DNA of 64,000 bases from Vulcanococcus sp. (lineage in GTDB: Bacteria > Cyanobacteriota > Cyanobacteriia > PCC-6307 > Cyanobiaceae), in assembly GCF_019264575.1 (NCBI RefSeq), contig NZ_JAHUZV010000026.1, one strand, 5' to 3'. The notes below the pieces were generated by a model. It did no database searches and was not told where the DNA came from. It saw only the letters and a list, made by a program, of their open reading frames with translations. Below, piece by piece: positions 1 through 8,741 of the stretch (position 1 is the stretch's first letter; each line of letters begins with the position of its first letter). A program made the position numbers and the translations under genes.

Positions 1-391
1 TGCCATTCCAGATCTGGCGACTGATGTCGTCGGAGTTATTCCGAACAAAGTAGATGGCTGGTGGCAGGTCTCGGCGAATTTCTAGCGCGAACCGAAATTC
101 CTCGTTTGTAATGCCGGGTGTGCACTGGTTGAGGTTGACACTGCCAGAATTGGTTAAAACTCTCTCGCTGAGTGCTACTTCTGATTCGATGAAGTGGCTG
201 CTGCGCGTCCAGTCGTTTCGGAGGCGCTCTGTGGATTCCAGGCTGGCATTAGAGCGCAGGTGCACAATCATGGCGTCGGCTGCGATGATGCAGAGCATTC
301 CTCCAAGGGATGCTGCTAAGAGCACCTCAATGAGCGAGAAGCCTCCCCGCGGGCTGCGCCGTTGTGTTAGTAGCTTGTGGTGTAAATGCAT
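1..391 (-). CDS. Minor type IV pilin (PilW-like), 3'-truncated by window edge; not in ORF track
   Basis: Manual translation from ATG at 391: MHLHHKLLTQRRSPRGG|FSLIEVLLAASLGGMLCIIAADAM..., class III signal peptide G|FxxxE, open frame to position 1. Confidence 0.8.
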   Translation of the reverse strand, partial: MHLHHKLLTQRRSPRGGFSLIEVLLAASLGGMLCIIAADAMIVHLRSNASLESTERLRNDWTRSSHFIESEVALSERVLTNSGSVNLNQCTPGITNEEFRFALEIRRDLPPAIYFVRNNSDDISRQIWNG

Positions 392-876
392 GCACTCGCG
401 CGCAGTTTTCCGCTGCGAATCAGTCCAAGTGGTTTGAGAAGTCGGATGCAGCGGCCGAGGTTGCTGCCTGTCATTGTGATTCGGAGTTCGGCGTCAGTTG
501 TGGTGGTGCCACGGGGTGTGAACACCCATGTTGTTGGGCTGTTGGCTGCCAGATTTAAGGCGATTGAGCTGCTATTGCGTATATCGTTCCGAAGGTTGAG
601 ATTGGCTATCTGGCTTGGATTATTATCGCAGATTCCATTAAAGTCCGCTGTAGCTGTGGTGATTGCAATTCTGCAGGAGCTTGATTGTTGAATGGCTTTT
701 CTGCGCTGATCGTCCAGCCAGGCTACTAGCTGTTTGCTTGCGCTGTTCAGGCGTTCATCTTCCCAGTTGCGAGTGAAGTTTGGGATGGCAACCCCTGCCA
801 AAATGCCCACGATCGCCACGATTACCATCAGCTCAATTAGTGAGAACCCCTCTGCTGCCCTGGAGGTGTTAATCAT
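367..876 (-). CDS. Minor pilin / pseudopilin (FimT/PilE-like)
   Basis: EG|FSLIELMVIVAIVGILAGVAIP N-methylation motif; ATG at 876 overlaps the upstream TGA (ATGA). Confidence 0.85.
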   Translation of the reverse strand: MINTSRAAEGFSLIELMVIVAIVGILAGVAIPNFTRNWEDERLNSASKQLVAWLDDQRRKAIQQSSSCRIAITTATADFNGICDNNPSQIANLNLRNDIRNSSSIALNLAANSPTTWVFTPRGTTTTDAELRITMTGSNLGRCIRLLKPLGLIRSGKLRASACIYTTSY

Positions 877-1373
877 GGACACCAGCCTTGAGCATGCGGA
901 ACGATAGTGGTGCTGACGGAAAGGGGTATAGCCGCGGCGGTGAAGGTTGCGTTCAGTTGATTGCCTGAGGGTGTGTAGGTCACTTTCACCTCCACCGGAG
1001 GCACGCTGTTCACGATGAAGCTGCTGGGTTTTTCTGATGCCGGTAGAGCATTCAGGAGGCCTTGGCCCAGGTTATTGGTGCTGCACAATGGCTTCAGAGT
1101 GGCTAGATCGAAGGCAAGGGACTTGGTGAGTTCCGTATTGGCGCAACCCTGAGTGCAGAGATAACGGAAGGCTTCTTCTCTGAGGGTTTCCATATGGGAA
1201 GCGATATCTGCATCAACCAATCCACGCTGCTTGGAACGGCCCATGCCAAGGATCGAAGAGCCTGTCATTTGCAGGCTACTGAGGACAACCAGAATCAAAA
1301 TGAACGAGGCCACCATCACCTCGGGCAGGCTGAAGGCTGTCTGGATTGGCTGCGAGCGTGGAATCGACCTCAT
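873..1373 (-). CDS. Minor pilin (PilV-like)
   Basis: TA|FSLPEVMVASFILILV prepilin motif followed by hydrophobic helix; paired Cys. Confidence 0.8.
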   Translation of the reverse strand: MRSIPRSQPIQTAFSLPEVMVASFILILVVLSSLQMTGSSILGMGRSKQRGLVDADIASHMETLREEAFRYLCTQGCANTELTKSLAFDLATLKPLCSTNNLGQGLLNALPASEKPSSFIVNSVPPVEVKVTYTPSGNQLNATFTAAAIPLSVSTTIVPHAQGWCP

Positions 1374-1401
1374 GGCTGCCTCTCTGGTGTCATGTGTGTC
1401 T

Positions 1402-2811
1402 CTATTGTTTTGTCCAGCTGCTCCAATGGGAGATTCCCAGAGCTACATAGTCGCGAATACCAAGTGCATATTGTGGGCCAAACGAGTTGAAAAGCTGTGT
1501 GCCGATATCAGCCGGAACCACAAGTTGGGCGACGTTGGATGATGAGCCATTCCATACTTTTGCCCATACAGCACCGTTGATATCTCCACCTGTGCATTCG
1601 CCGGTACCGTCGCATTCTGCTGTTTCTTTTGAGCCACCATTGATTCCCATATTGCCATCAGGAAAAAATGCCCAAAGAGCATTGGTGGTGGATGCTCCGG
1701 CTAGTCGGACCAGTTGATCGGGATAAGCGTTCGTTGGATCGATTGGTCGACCAAATAATCCAAGGGAGCTGGCGGGTGCATTGGGGGGGATGTGCCGGAT
1801 GGCAGCTCCTCCGGTCAGGGTCACTTGCGGACCACGGACATAAATTCGAACGTCTCCTCCAGTGGTATCCACTGTGAGGATTTTATTCTTACTGTTGAGA
1901 TCGATCGAGTTCACGATGCAGTGGGTGATCGGTGTACCCGCACCGCGGCTTTCTACCCGGCATGCACCTGTATTGGTCCCCGCTGTGAGTGTGGTGCTGG
2001 TTGTGATATCTAGGGGTGTGCCAAAACTTAGGCTTGCTGGCGGCTCTGGGACTGGTGGTAGATCAATGGGGCCGAGAAAAATCTGCCCTGCAACGGATCC
2101 ATTGTTTTTCATCTGGATATAGCTTTCTTGCTGTGCTCGCGTCAGGCTTTCGTAGTCTGTGCCGCTGTAGCACTGCAGGCAAAGGACGTTGCCTGATAGC
2201 TTCCCAAAGACATCATTGTTTCCGAGAACGATGCTCTGGCCGAGGAGCCCTGGGAAGCCGCTGGTGACTGTGGGTTCTCCGAATGAGGTGGTGCAGCTTT
2301 TCGGCTTGATCTCAAGGGTTTGATCCACGATGGCCGTTGCAGCAACGCTGTTGCTCCCGCGTAACCGTTCCCCGCGCATCCTGATCATCGCTTTGCCGCC
2401 ATAGAAGGGGCTGCCCTGGAAGTCGTAATCCACCAAGGTGTAACGACCGTCGCTTCCAACCGTCCCTGTGGTGCTGGGTGATCCGATCTGTGAATTTGTG
2501 CAGATCGAGGAGGTGTAGGACTGATTGCCCCAGTCGCCCAGGTCTTTGATCAGTAGATATGAGTAATCCGAATTCAGGCTTTCGATTAAGCGGGCCAGTC
2601 CCGCCTCGGCGATTTCTCGCGCTTGGCGGGACTGGCTTTGGCGGATGGATCCATTGAGTCCAAGCCACGAGCGGGCGGCTAACGCCATCAACCCCGTGCT
2701 GATAATCAGGGAGATGATCAGGACAAGAGGGAGTATGAATCCCTCTTTGTCGAAAAATCGTCGTGAGTTAACGGCGTAGCTCTTCGGGATATTACGAAGA
2801 AGCGTCAACAT
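1402..2811 (-). CDS. Large PilX-like minor pilin
   Basis: EG|FILPLVLIISL (no E5, as in PilX/GspK), then QAREIAEAGL PilX-type N-terminal motif; Cys-containing Gly/Ser/Thr/Asn-rich C-terminal domain. Start could be 2811 or 2847. Confidence 0.75.
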   Translation of the reverse strand: MLTLLRNIPKSYAVNSRRFFDKEGFILPLVLIISLIISTGLMALAARSWLGLNGSIRQSQSRQAREIAEAGLARLIESLNSDYSYLLIKDLGDWGNQSYTSSICTNSQIGSPSTTGTVGSDGRYTLVDYDFQGSPFYGGKAMIRMRGERLRGSNSVAATAIVDQTLEIKPKSCTTSFGEPTVTSGFPGLLGQSIVLGNNDVFGKLSGNVLCLQCYSGTDYESLTRAQQESYIQMKNNGSVAGQIFLGPIDLPPVPEPPASLSFGTPLDITTSTTLTAGTNTGACRVESRGAGTPITHCIVNSIDLNSKNKILTVDTTGGDVRIYVRGPQVTLTGGAAIRHIPPNAPASSLGLFGRPIDPTNAYPDQLVRLAGASTTNALWAFFPDGNMGINGGSKETAECDGTGECTGGDINGAVWAKVWNGSSSNVAQLVVPADIGTQLFNSFGPQYALGIRDYVALGISHWSSWTKQ

Positions 2812-3268
2812 CTTTTGTGCAGGCGGTGATGACTCCTGTTGGCCCATTGATCGAGCAATCGCTTATCCCCAGGTTCGCATTGGCGCCTGAGCCGGTGGCG
2901 TCTACCGTGAATGTGTCACCATCTCCTGTGCATGTATATGTCCAATCGTTTTCGAGGCCATCTGTCCCTGTGATGCCAACGTCGGGGCAGGTGACTCCGG
3001 TGAAGGTTCCTGTTTCGACCCAGATGCTTTGAGCTTGTTTAAGTGCTGCTGAGGCTTTTCCTAGGGGCTCTGTGACTTTTGCTTTGGCACTTTGGCTTAG
3101 GAAGTTTGGTAGCGCTACGGCACTTAAGATGCCAACAATCACGATCACAATCATCAGCTCCACCAGTGTGAAGCCTTTCTGGAGAAGGTTCTTCTTCCCG
3201 CTTGGTGATTGGCCCAGCTGGCGCATCAGCGCCGTGCGCATCTGAGGGTGGAGGGTGGAAGTGGTCAT
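2792..3268 (-). CDS. pilA: Major type IV pilin
   Basis: KG|FTLVELMIVIVIVGILSAVALPNFL, 32-aa basic leader typical of picocyanobacterial pilins, four Cys in C-terminal domain. Confidence 0.88.
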   Translation of the reverse strand: MTTSTLHPQMRTALMRQLGQSPSGKKNLLQKGFTLVELMIVIVIVGILSAVALPNFLSQSAKAKVTEPLGKASAALKQAQSIWVETGTFTGVTCPDVGITGTDGLENDWTYTCTGDGDTFTVDATGSGANANLGISDCSINGPTGVITACTKDVDASS

Positions 3269-3344
3269 GGATTGGTTGCACAGGGGCATGTCTTCAACGT
3301 ATTCAGCGCAGATCTGCTGCACCAGAAGTGTTGGTCGTTGATTG

Positions 3345-3363
3345 TCTGAGAGTTTTCTGAGAG
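3345..3363. promoter_or_regulatory. Tandem direct repeat TCTGAGAG-ttt-TCTGAGAG, candidate OmpR-family binding site
   Basis: Exact 8-bp repeat with 11-bp period in the pilA / histidine kinase divergent intergenic region. Confidence 0.45.
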
Positions 3364-3421
3364 CGGCTTGGTGGTGCTGGCTGCTTCTCCTGCCTACGGT
3401 TGTGGAAGCTGACGCCTGTGG

Positions 3422-4903
3422 GTGCCTGCCGCTCGTCCGGCCGCTTCGATCCGTCGCCACCTGCAGGCCACGAGCTTGTTGGCTGTGCTGGCGGGGTACG
3501 TGCTGTTGCTGCTCGTGAACCGGCAGCTGTCAGCGCGTCTGCGTCATGAGCGTCATGACGCACAAGTGCAGGAGACCACGCGCTTGTTGCAGCAGTTGCT
3601 GCCCCAGCAGACCGACACCACCAGTGAGCTCCAGCGCCACTTGGCGGACCTGGCTAGTCCTTCCCTGTTGGTGTGGATGGTGTGGCTCGAGCCTGATCAT
3701 CCGGCCAGTGGTCCGGTCATCCTTCCCAGTGGGGCTGCCTTCCAGTCACTCCATGCTGGTCATGGGCTGGTTCGTGCTGCTGATGCGGCCCTGTCGCAAG
3801 ACGGCATGCCGCGCGAGTTTCGTTTCAACGGGCGCACGTATTTCACCTGCGCGATGCCGGTGCAACTGGCTGGGCGCTCCTATCACCTGCGTTTCCTCCA
3901 GGACTTCACCCTGGAAACCGAGCAGGAGCAACTGATTAGCCTGCTGTTGGTGGCGGTGGCGGGCGCTTCTGCGTTGTTCACCTCTGCGTTGTTGCGCCTT
4001 GTGATTCATCGGGGCTTGCTGCCACTGGATGTGTTCAGCGCCACGCTCGCGAGCATCAGCACCCGCTCTCTCAGCACCGAACGGCTTTCACTCAAAGGCC
4101 AACCTGCAGAGCTGCACCCGATTGCTAACGCCTTCAACGACCTCTTGGACCGTCTGGCAGAAGCCTGGGAGCACCAGCGCACCTTCGTGAATGGCGTGTC
4201 GCATGAGCTGCGCACACCGATCACTCTGATCAGTGGCTACAGCCGCCGGTTGCTGCGCCGCGCCGAGGGCTTGAACGCAGAGCAGCGCGAGCAGTTGGAG
4301 TTGGTGGCCTCTGAGGCCGAATCGATGGGGCGGCTTGTGAACGATCTGCTCGAGATCGCCCGGGATGATGCCGGCCGCTTGCAGCTGGAGAGTCGCCAGT
4401 TGGATCCCGCCACACTGCTGGAAGACCTGCATCGCCGCCTACAAGACACCACCAACGGTCGCCTGTTCCTGCAGCCGCTCCCTAGCAGCTACGCCGATGT
4501 GTGCGCCGATCCCGAACGGCTTAGCCAGTGCTTAACCAACTTGGTGGAGAACGCCCTGAAATACAGCCCCGCTGCTCAGCCCATTGAGTTGGCTCTCAGT
4601 AGTGAGACGGATCAAGTGGTGCTCCACGTGCTCGACCACGGTGCTGGTGTGCCTGCAGCGGAGCGGGAGCAGATTTTTGGCCGCTTTGTGCGGGGCAGCG
4701 GTAGTGCTGACACAAGCGGCCATGGCATCGGCTTGGCTGTGGTGAAAACCCTGATGGAGCGCATGGGTGGTTCGGTGTCGGTGGGAGATACCCCAGGCGG
4801 TGGCGCCGATTTCCAGTTGCGCTTGCCGGCGGTGTTGAGCACTCCGGTGGAGGAGCGCTCCAGCCGTAGCGCCAGCCTGCGGCGCTGGTTTAGTCCTGGT
4901 TGA
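3422..4903 (+). CDS. Sensor histidine kinase (2 TM, HAMP, HisKA, HATPase_c)
   Basis: FVNGVSHELRTPI H-box, NLVENALKYS N-box, DHGAG G1, GHGIGLAVV G2. Confidence 0.95.
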   Translation: MPAARPAASIRRHLQATSLLAVLAGYVLLLLVNRQLSARLRHERHDAQVQETTRLLQQLLPQQTDTTSELQRHLADLASPSLLVWMVWLEPDHPASGPVILPSGAAFQSLHAGHGLVRAADAALSQDGMPREFRFNGRTYFTCAMPVQLAGRSYHLRFLQDFTLETEQEQLISLLLVAVAGASALFTSALLRLVIHRGLLPLDVFSATLASISTRSLSTERLSLKGQPAELHPIANAFNDLLDRLAEAWEHQRTFVNGVSHELRTPITLISGYSRRLLRRAEGLNAEQREQLELVASEAESMGRLVNDLLEIARDDAGRLQLESRQLDPATLLEDLHRRLQDTTNGRLFLQPLPSSYADVCADPERLSQCLTNLVENALKYSPAAQPIELALSSETDQVVLHVLDHGAGVPAAEREQIFGRFVRGSGSADTSGHGIGLAVVKTLMERMGGSVSVGDTPGGGADFQLRLPAVLSTPVEERSSRSASLRRWFSPG

Positions 4904-5246
4904 GCCAGTGCTCGAGTTGTGCCAGCGCTTCGGTTTTCAACAGCGTGGCTGCCGCGCCCGCGGCCTGAGCCGTGGCTTGCACCTGCGGGTCACACAAGGC
5001 CGTCACCACCACCACAAGCCCGTTGAACTGGCGTGCCCGCAGCTCCAGCAGTGTGGCTTCGCCGTTCAGGCCCGGCATCATCCAATCGAGCAACACCAGC
5101 TGCACCGCGTTCAGCTGCGCGGCGCTGAGCAACTCGCTGCCGTCGCGGCAGCGCAGCACGGTGGCCCCAAGATCCTCCAGCTCCGCCGCCAGCAGCTCAC
5201 GGATGCGGGCGTCATCGTCCACCACGGCCACGAGCGGGGCGCTCAT
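4890..5246 (-). CDS. Single-domain response regulator (CheY-like receiver)
   Basis: VVDDD, LVLLDWMMP, VVVTA and LLK conserved receiver residues; no output domain. Confidence 0.9.
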   Translation of the reverse strand: MSAPLVAVVDDDARIRELLAAELEDLGATVLRCRDGSELLSAAQLNAVQLVLLDWMMPGLNGEATLLELRARQFNGLVVVVTALCDPQVQATAQAAGAAATLLKTEALAQLEHWLNQD

Positions 5247-5980
5247 TCGGCCGGCTCCTTGATCGCCCCGGCCTTGAGCAGAAAGCCCACACCACGCACG
5301 GTTTGGATCAAGGTGGGCTGGCCGGGGGGTTCGAGCTTGCGGCGCAGATAGCGCACATACACATCGAGCACGTTGGCGTCGCCCACGAAGCTTTCGCCCC
5401 ACACGCGCTCCAGCAGGCTCTGGCGGCTCTGCACTCGCCCGGGATCTGCCAGCAGGCAGTGGAGCAGCTGGAACTCGGTGCGGCTGAGCTGCACGGGCAC
5501 ACCGCCGCGGCTCACCTCATGGCTGGCCAGATCCAGCTGCAGATCCTCCAGCTGCAGCACCTCGCTTGATCCTTGTCCGGTAAAAGCCGCTGGGCTCCGC
5601 CGGGCCAGGGCCCGCAGCCGCGCCAGTAGCTCCTCGATCGAAAACGGCTTCACCAGGTAGTCGTCAGCGCCGGAATCGAGGGCCTGCACTCGATCGGCCA
5701 CCGCATCTCGGCCGGTGAGCATCAGCACCGGTAGCTGCAGGCCGGTGGAGCGCAAGCGCTGACACACCTCCACGCCGCTCAGGTCCGGCAGCATCCAATC
5801 GAGGATCACCAGGTCGGGCGGCTGCTGGCGGATCTCGGTGAGGGCGCCGATGCCATCTCCGAAGCTGCGCACCGCATACCCCTCCTCCTGCAGCTCGAGT
5901 TCCAGGAACTGGCGCAGTCGAGCGTCGTCATCAGCCAGAAGAACGCTGGTGGCCTGGCCGCCCGCGCTGACGGATGCCAT
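5243..5980 (-). CDS. OmpR-family response regulator (NblR/MprA-like)
   Basis: LADDD...LVILDWMLP...YLVKPF receiver plus winged helix (VLDVYVRYLRRKLE...IQTVRGVGF). Confidence 0.95.
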   Translation of the reverse strand: MASVSAGGQATSVLLADDDARLRQFLELELQEEGYAVRSFGDGIGALTEIRQQPPDLVILDWMLPDLSGVEVCQRLRSTGLQLPVLMLTGRDAVADRVQALDSGADDYLVKPFSIEELLARLRALARRSPAAFTGQGSSEVLQLEDLQLDLASHEVSRGGVPVQLSRTEFQLLHCLLADPGRVQSRQSLLERVWGESFVGDANVLDVYVRYLRRKLEPPGQPTLIQTVRGVGFLLKAGAIKEPAE

Positions 5981-5991
5981 GGTGTGCCGCA

Positions 5992-6891
5992 ATGGCTCCC
6001 CCTGTCTTACCCGAATCTGCGGCATCACGCCTGCTGCGCTGGCACCCCCGCAACCTGGCGGCACGCATGGCCCGCTGGGGGGTGGTGATCGTGCTCGTGT
6101 ATTTGATGATTGCCTTGCTCACGCCGCTGTTCACCCACCTGGGTGTGCTGCCGGATGTGAACGCTGGCCTCGATAACCCCATCTATGCGCCGCCCTCCTG
6201 GCAGCACTGGTGCGGTACCGACCGCCTGGGCCGCGATGTGTGCAGCCGCACCCTTGCCGGCAGTGGTGTGGCCCTGCAGGTGGTGGCGATTGCCTTGGTG
6301 TCAGCCCTGGTGATCGGCGTGCCGCTGGGCATGGTGAGCGGGTACCTCGGCGGCTGGCTCGATCGCGGCCTCGTGCTGCTGATGGACACGCTCTACACGC
6401 TGCCAGTGTTGCTGCTTTCGGTGGTGCTTGCCTTCCTGCTGGGCAAGGGCTTACCGAATGCCGCTGCGGCGTTGTGTGTTGTTTATGTGCCCCAATACTT
6501 CCGCGTGGTGCGCAACCAAACGGCCCAGGTGAAAGCCGAACTGTTCGTGGAGGCGGCTCGCTCGCTCGGGGCTGGGCCGATCTGGATCCTGCGCCGCTAT
6601 CTGTTCCGCAACGTGATCACCTCTGTTCCAGTGCTGCTCACCCTCAACGCCGCCGATGCGGTGCTCGTGCTCGGCGGCTTGGGTTTCTTGGGGCTTGGCC
6701 TGCCGGAAACCGTGCCCGAATGGGGCAGCGATCTGCAGCAGGCGCTCAGCGCCCTGCCCACAGGCATCTGGTGGACAGCGCTCTATCCCGGCGTGGCGAT
6801 GTTTGTGCTGGTGCTGGGGCTCTCGTTTCTGGGTGAAGGGCTCGAAAGCTGGCTCAGCGGCAGCGGTGCCAATGGGCGTTCGCAGAGCTAA
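5992..6891 (+). CDS. Peptide/nickel ABC transporter permease (DppC/OppC family)
   Basis: HWCGTDRLGRD motif, EAARSLGA EAA loop, LGFLGLG...PEWG. Confidence 0.92.
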   Translation: MAPPVLPESAASRLLRWHPRNLAARMARWGVVIVLVYLMIALLTPLFTHLGVLPDVNAGLDNPIYAPPSWQHWCGTDRLGRDVCSRTLAGSGVALQVVAIALVSALVIGVPLGMVSGYLGGWLDRGLVLLMDTLYTLPVLLLSVVLAFLLGKGLPNAAAALCVVYVPQYFRVVRNQTAQVKAELFVEAARSLGAGPIWILRRYLFRNVITSVPVLLTLNAADAVLVLGGLGFLGLGLPETVPEWGSDLQQALSALPTGIWWTALYPGVAMFVLVLGLSFLGEGLESWLSGSGANGRSQS

Positions 6892-6894
6892 GGG

Positions 6895-7335
6895 TTAGGT
6901 GCTGATCCGCTCAAGGGCTTCGGCTCCGCCTTTAACGGCATGGGTGCTCAGCCGCTGATCAAGTGTTGCCAACAGGCCCCCTTGGTGCACTGCCAAGGCC
7001 AGGAGATAGGTGTCGGTGATCTGCGCTGAATCCAGAAGGACTTGAGTGTTCACGTGTGCCTGTGAGAGCAGGCTTGGGCTGACATCCCAGAACTGGTGTT
7101 GTGGGTGAGCCACCAGTGCCTGAAGGATCTCGCTCACCACGCCTGGTGAACCAGGGGAATTGGGGTAACGAGGATGGCCAAGAATCCGCAGAACGCCGTT
7201 CTGGGTGATCGCACAACTGGCCCAGGTAGTTGTGCCTCGGGCCACAAACCAGTGGTGACACAGCTCGTGATGGACGTGAAGCGGATCCATCAAGGCGATC
7301 AGCACGTTCACGTCAAGCAACGCCACCTTCTGCAT
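6895..7335 (-). CDS. vapC: VapC-family PIN-domain ribonuclease toxin
   Basis: LLDVNVLIAL ... ITDTYLLALA ... LATLDQRL PIN acidic residues. Confidence 0.88.
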   Translation of the reverse strand: MQKVALLDVNVLIALMDPLHVHHELCHHWFVARGTTTWASCAITQNGVLRILGHPRYPNSPGSPGVVSEILQALVAHPQHQFWDVSPSLLSQAHVNTQVLLDSAQITDTYLLALAVHQGGLLATLDQRLSTHAVKGGAEALERIST

Positions 7336-7337
7336 TT

Positions 7338-7577
7338 TCAGTCGTCTCTGAGGCTGTTCACCAGCTCCAGGTCCACTGCCGCACCCTGGGGCTGAACGGG
7401 AAGGAGTGGGAGTCCGTTGCGCTCTGCGGCTATTCGTTGACTGTTGGCTTTCTGAGCTGAGCCCAGTGCCTCCCTTGCGAGGGCGCTGATCACACTGCCG
7501 ATCGGTTGCTTGCGCTGTCTGGCGAGCACCCTGGCTGCGGCTAGGACGTCGTCGTCAAGGGTGAGGGTCGTGCGCAT
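7338..7577 (-). CDS. vapB: VapB-type ribbon-helix-helix antitoxin
   Basis: MRTTLTLDDDVLAAARVLA N-terminus, 79 aa, directly upstream of PIN toxin. Confidence 0.82.
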   Translation of the reverse strand: MRTTLTLDDDVLAAARVLARQRKQPIGSVISALAREALGSAQKANSQRIAAERNGLPLLPVQPQGAAVDLELVNSLRDD

Positions 7578-7578
7578 C

Positions 7579-7600
7579 TGATGCTTGGCATCAAGCATCA
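7579..7600. promoter_or_regulatory. vapBC autoregulatory operator (inverted repeat)
   Basis: Perfect 9-bp inverted repeat TGATGCTTG-gcat-CAAGCATCA immediately upstream of the antitoxin ATG; TATGGT -10-like element just upstream on the minus strand. Confidence 0.65.
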
Positions 7601-7616
7601 ACACCATAGGGGCGGT

Positions 7617-8312
7617 TTAGTAGCGCAGCTTCAGGGTGCGGGGCAGCTGTTCAGCAATCTCGCCCTCCTCCGTGAGCGGCGGGTAAGACCGCCCTTGCCG
7701 CCGGCACCAGTCGGCCACCTGTGGGTAGGCCCACTCGAACAGCAGCTTGCGGTAGGCCTCTTCCCCGCCGGGAACGCCTTCTCCCTTGCTGGGAATCAGC
7801 CCTGCCCGTTCCCGTTGCCGCAGCGCTTCAAACAGCAAGGTGGCGGCGGCCACGCTCACGTTGAGGCTCTGCACCATGCCGGTCATCGGGATAAATAGCG
7901 GTTGATCCACCATCGCCAGCGCTTCATCGCTCATGCCCCACTTCTCGGCGCCCATGAGGAAGCAGCTGGGTCCGGTGAAGTCGCAGTCGCGGTAGTCGCG
8001 GGCATCCACGCTCAGGTGGGTGCCGTAGATGCGGAACCCCTTGGCCTTGAGGCCGCTCAGGCACTCTTCGATGCTCGGGTGCGGATGCAGCGGCACCCAT
8101 TTCTGGCTGCCCTTGGCGGTTTTGTTGAAGGTGCGCGGCCGCCCAGGCAGGCTCACCACATGGGCCTCGAGCACCCCCACCGCATCGCAGGTGCGCAGGA
8201 TCGCCGAGAGGTTGTGGGGTTTGTCCACCGCCTCCAGCACCACCGTGAGATCGCCCATGCGGCGGTTGAGCACGGCCTTGAGGCGCTCAAAGCGGCGGGG
8301 CAGCAGGGGCAT
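7617..8312 (-). CDS. trmH: tRNA (guanosine(18)-2'-O)-methyltransferase
   Basis: KPHNLSAILRTCDAVG, FLMGAEKWG, IPMTGMVQSLNVSVA SPOUT motifs. Confidence 0.92.
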   Translation of the reverse strand: MPLLPRRFERLKAVLNRRMGDLTVVLEAVDKPHNLSAILRTCDAVGVLEAHVVSLPGRPRTFNKTAKGSQKWVPLHPHPSIEECLSGLKAKGFRIYGTHLSVDARDYRDCDFTGPSCFLMGAEKWGMSDEALAMVDQPLFIPMTGMVQSLNVSVAAATLLFEALRQRERAGLIPSKGEGVPGGEEAYRKLLFEWAYPQVADWCRRQGRSYPPLTEEGEIAEQLPRTLKLRY

Positions 8313-8378
8313 CGTTCAGTGCGGGCCTGTGGTCCATCGTCCCGGATCGCCGGATCCGCAGCTTGGCCCCGATAGCGT

Positions 8379-8741
8379 TTGGGCGTGGACCCAAGCTTCG
8401 ACGAGCGCGTTCGCCAGGTGGTGGCCCAGATCCCAGCGGGCCAGCTCGCCACCTATGGCCAGATCGCTGAGCTGATCGGTGCCTATGGCTGTGCCCGCCA
8501 GGTGGGCTGGGCGCTCCGGCGGCTGGTTTTGCCCTCCGAGGTGCCCTGGCATCGGGTGGTGAATGCCCAAGGGCAAATCAGCATGAGCCTCAGCCGCGAA
8601 GGCTCCGATTGGATTCAGCGGGAGCTTCTCCTGGCGGAGGGGATCCCGGTGGATGAGGCTGGCCGGCTGCCGCTCGCCCGCTATCGCTGGCTCCCTCTGG
8701 GCGCTAGTTGTGGAGCAACGATGAATCGGCTGCCCTGTTGA
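8379..8741 (+). CDS. MGMT-family alkyltransferase-like protein (ATL)
   Basis: ATYGQIA...ARQVGWAL...VPWHRVVNAQG; PWHRV instead of catalytic PCHRV. Confidence 0.9.
   Translation: MGVDPSFDERVRQVVAQIPAGQLATYGQIAELIGAYGCARQVGWALRRLVLPSEVPWHRVVNAQGQISMSLSREGSDWIQRELLLAEGIPVDEAGRLPLARYRWLPLGASCGATMNRLPC

Noticed and set aside
1783-1789. G7 tract in the pilX-like gene as a phase-variation switch
   Set aside because: Too short to be distinctive; the frame is intact
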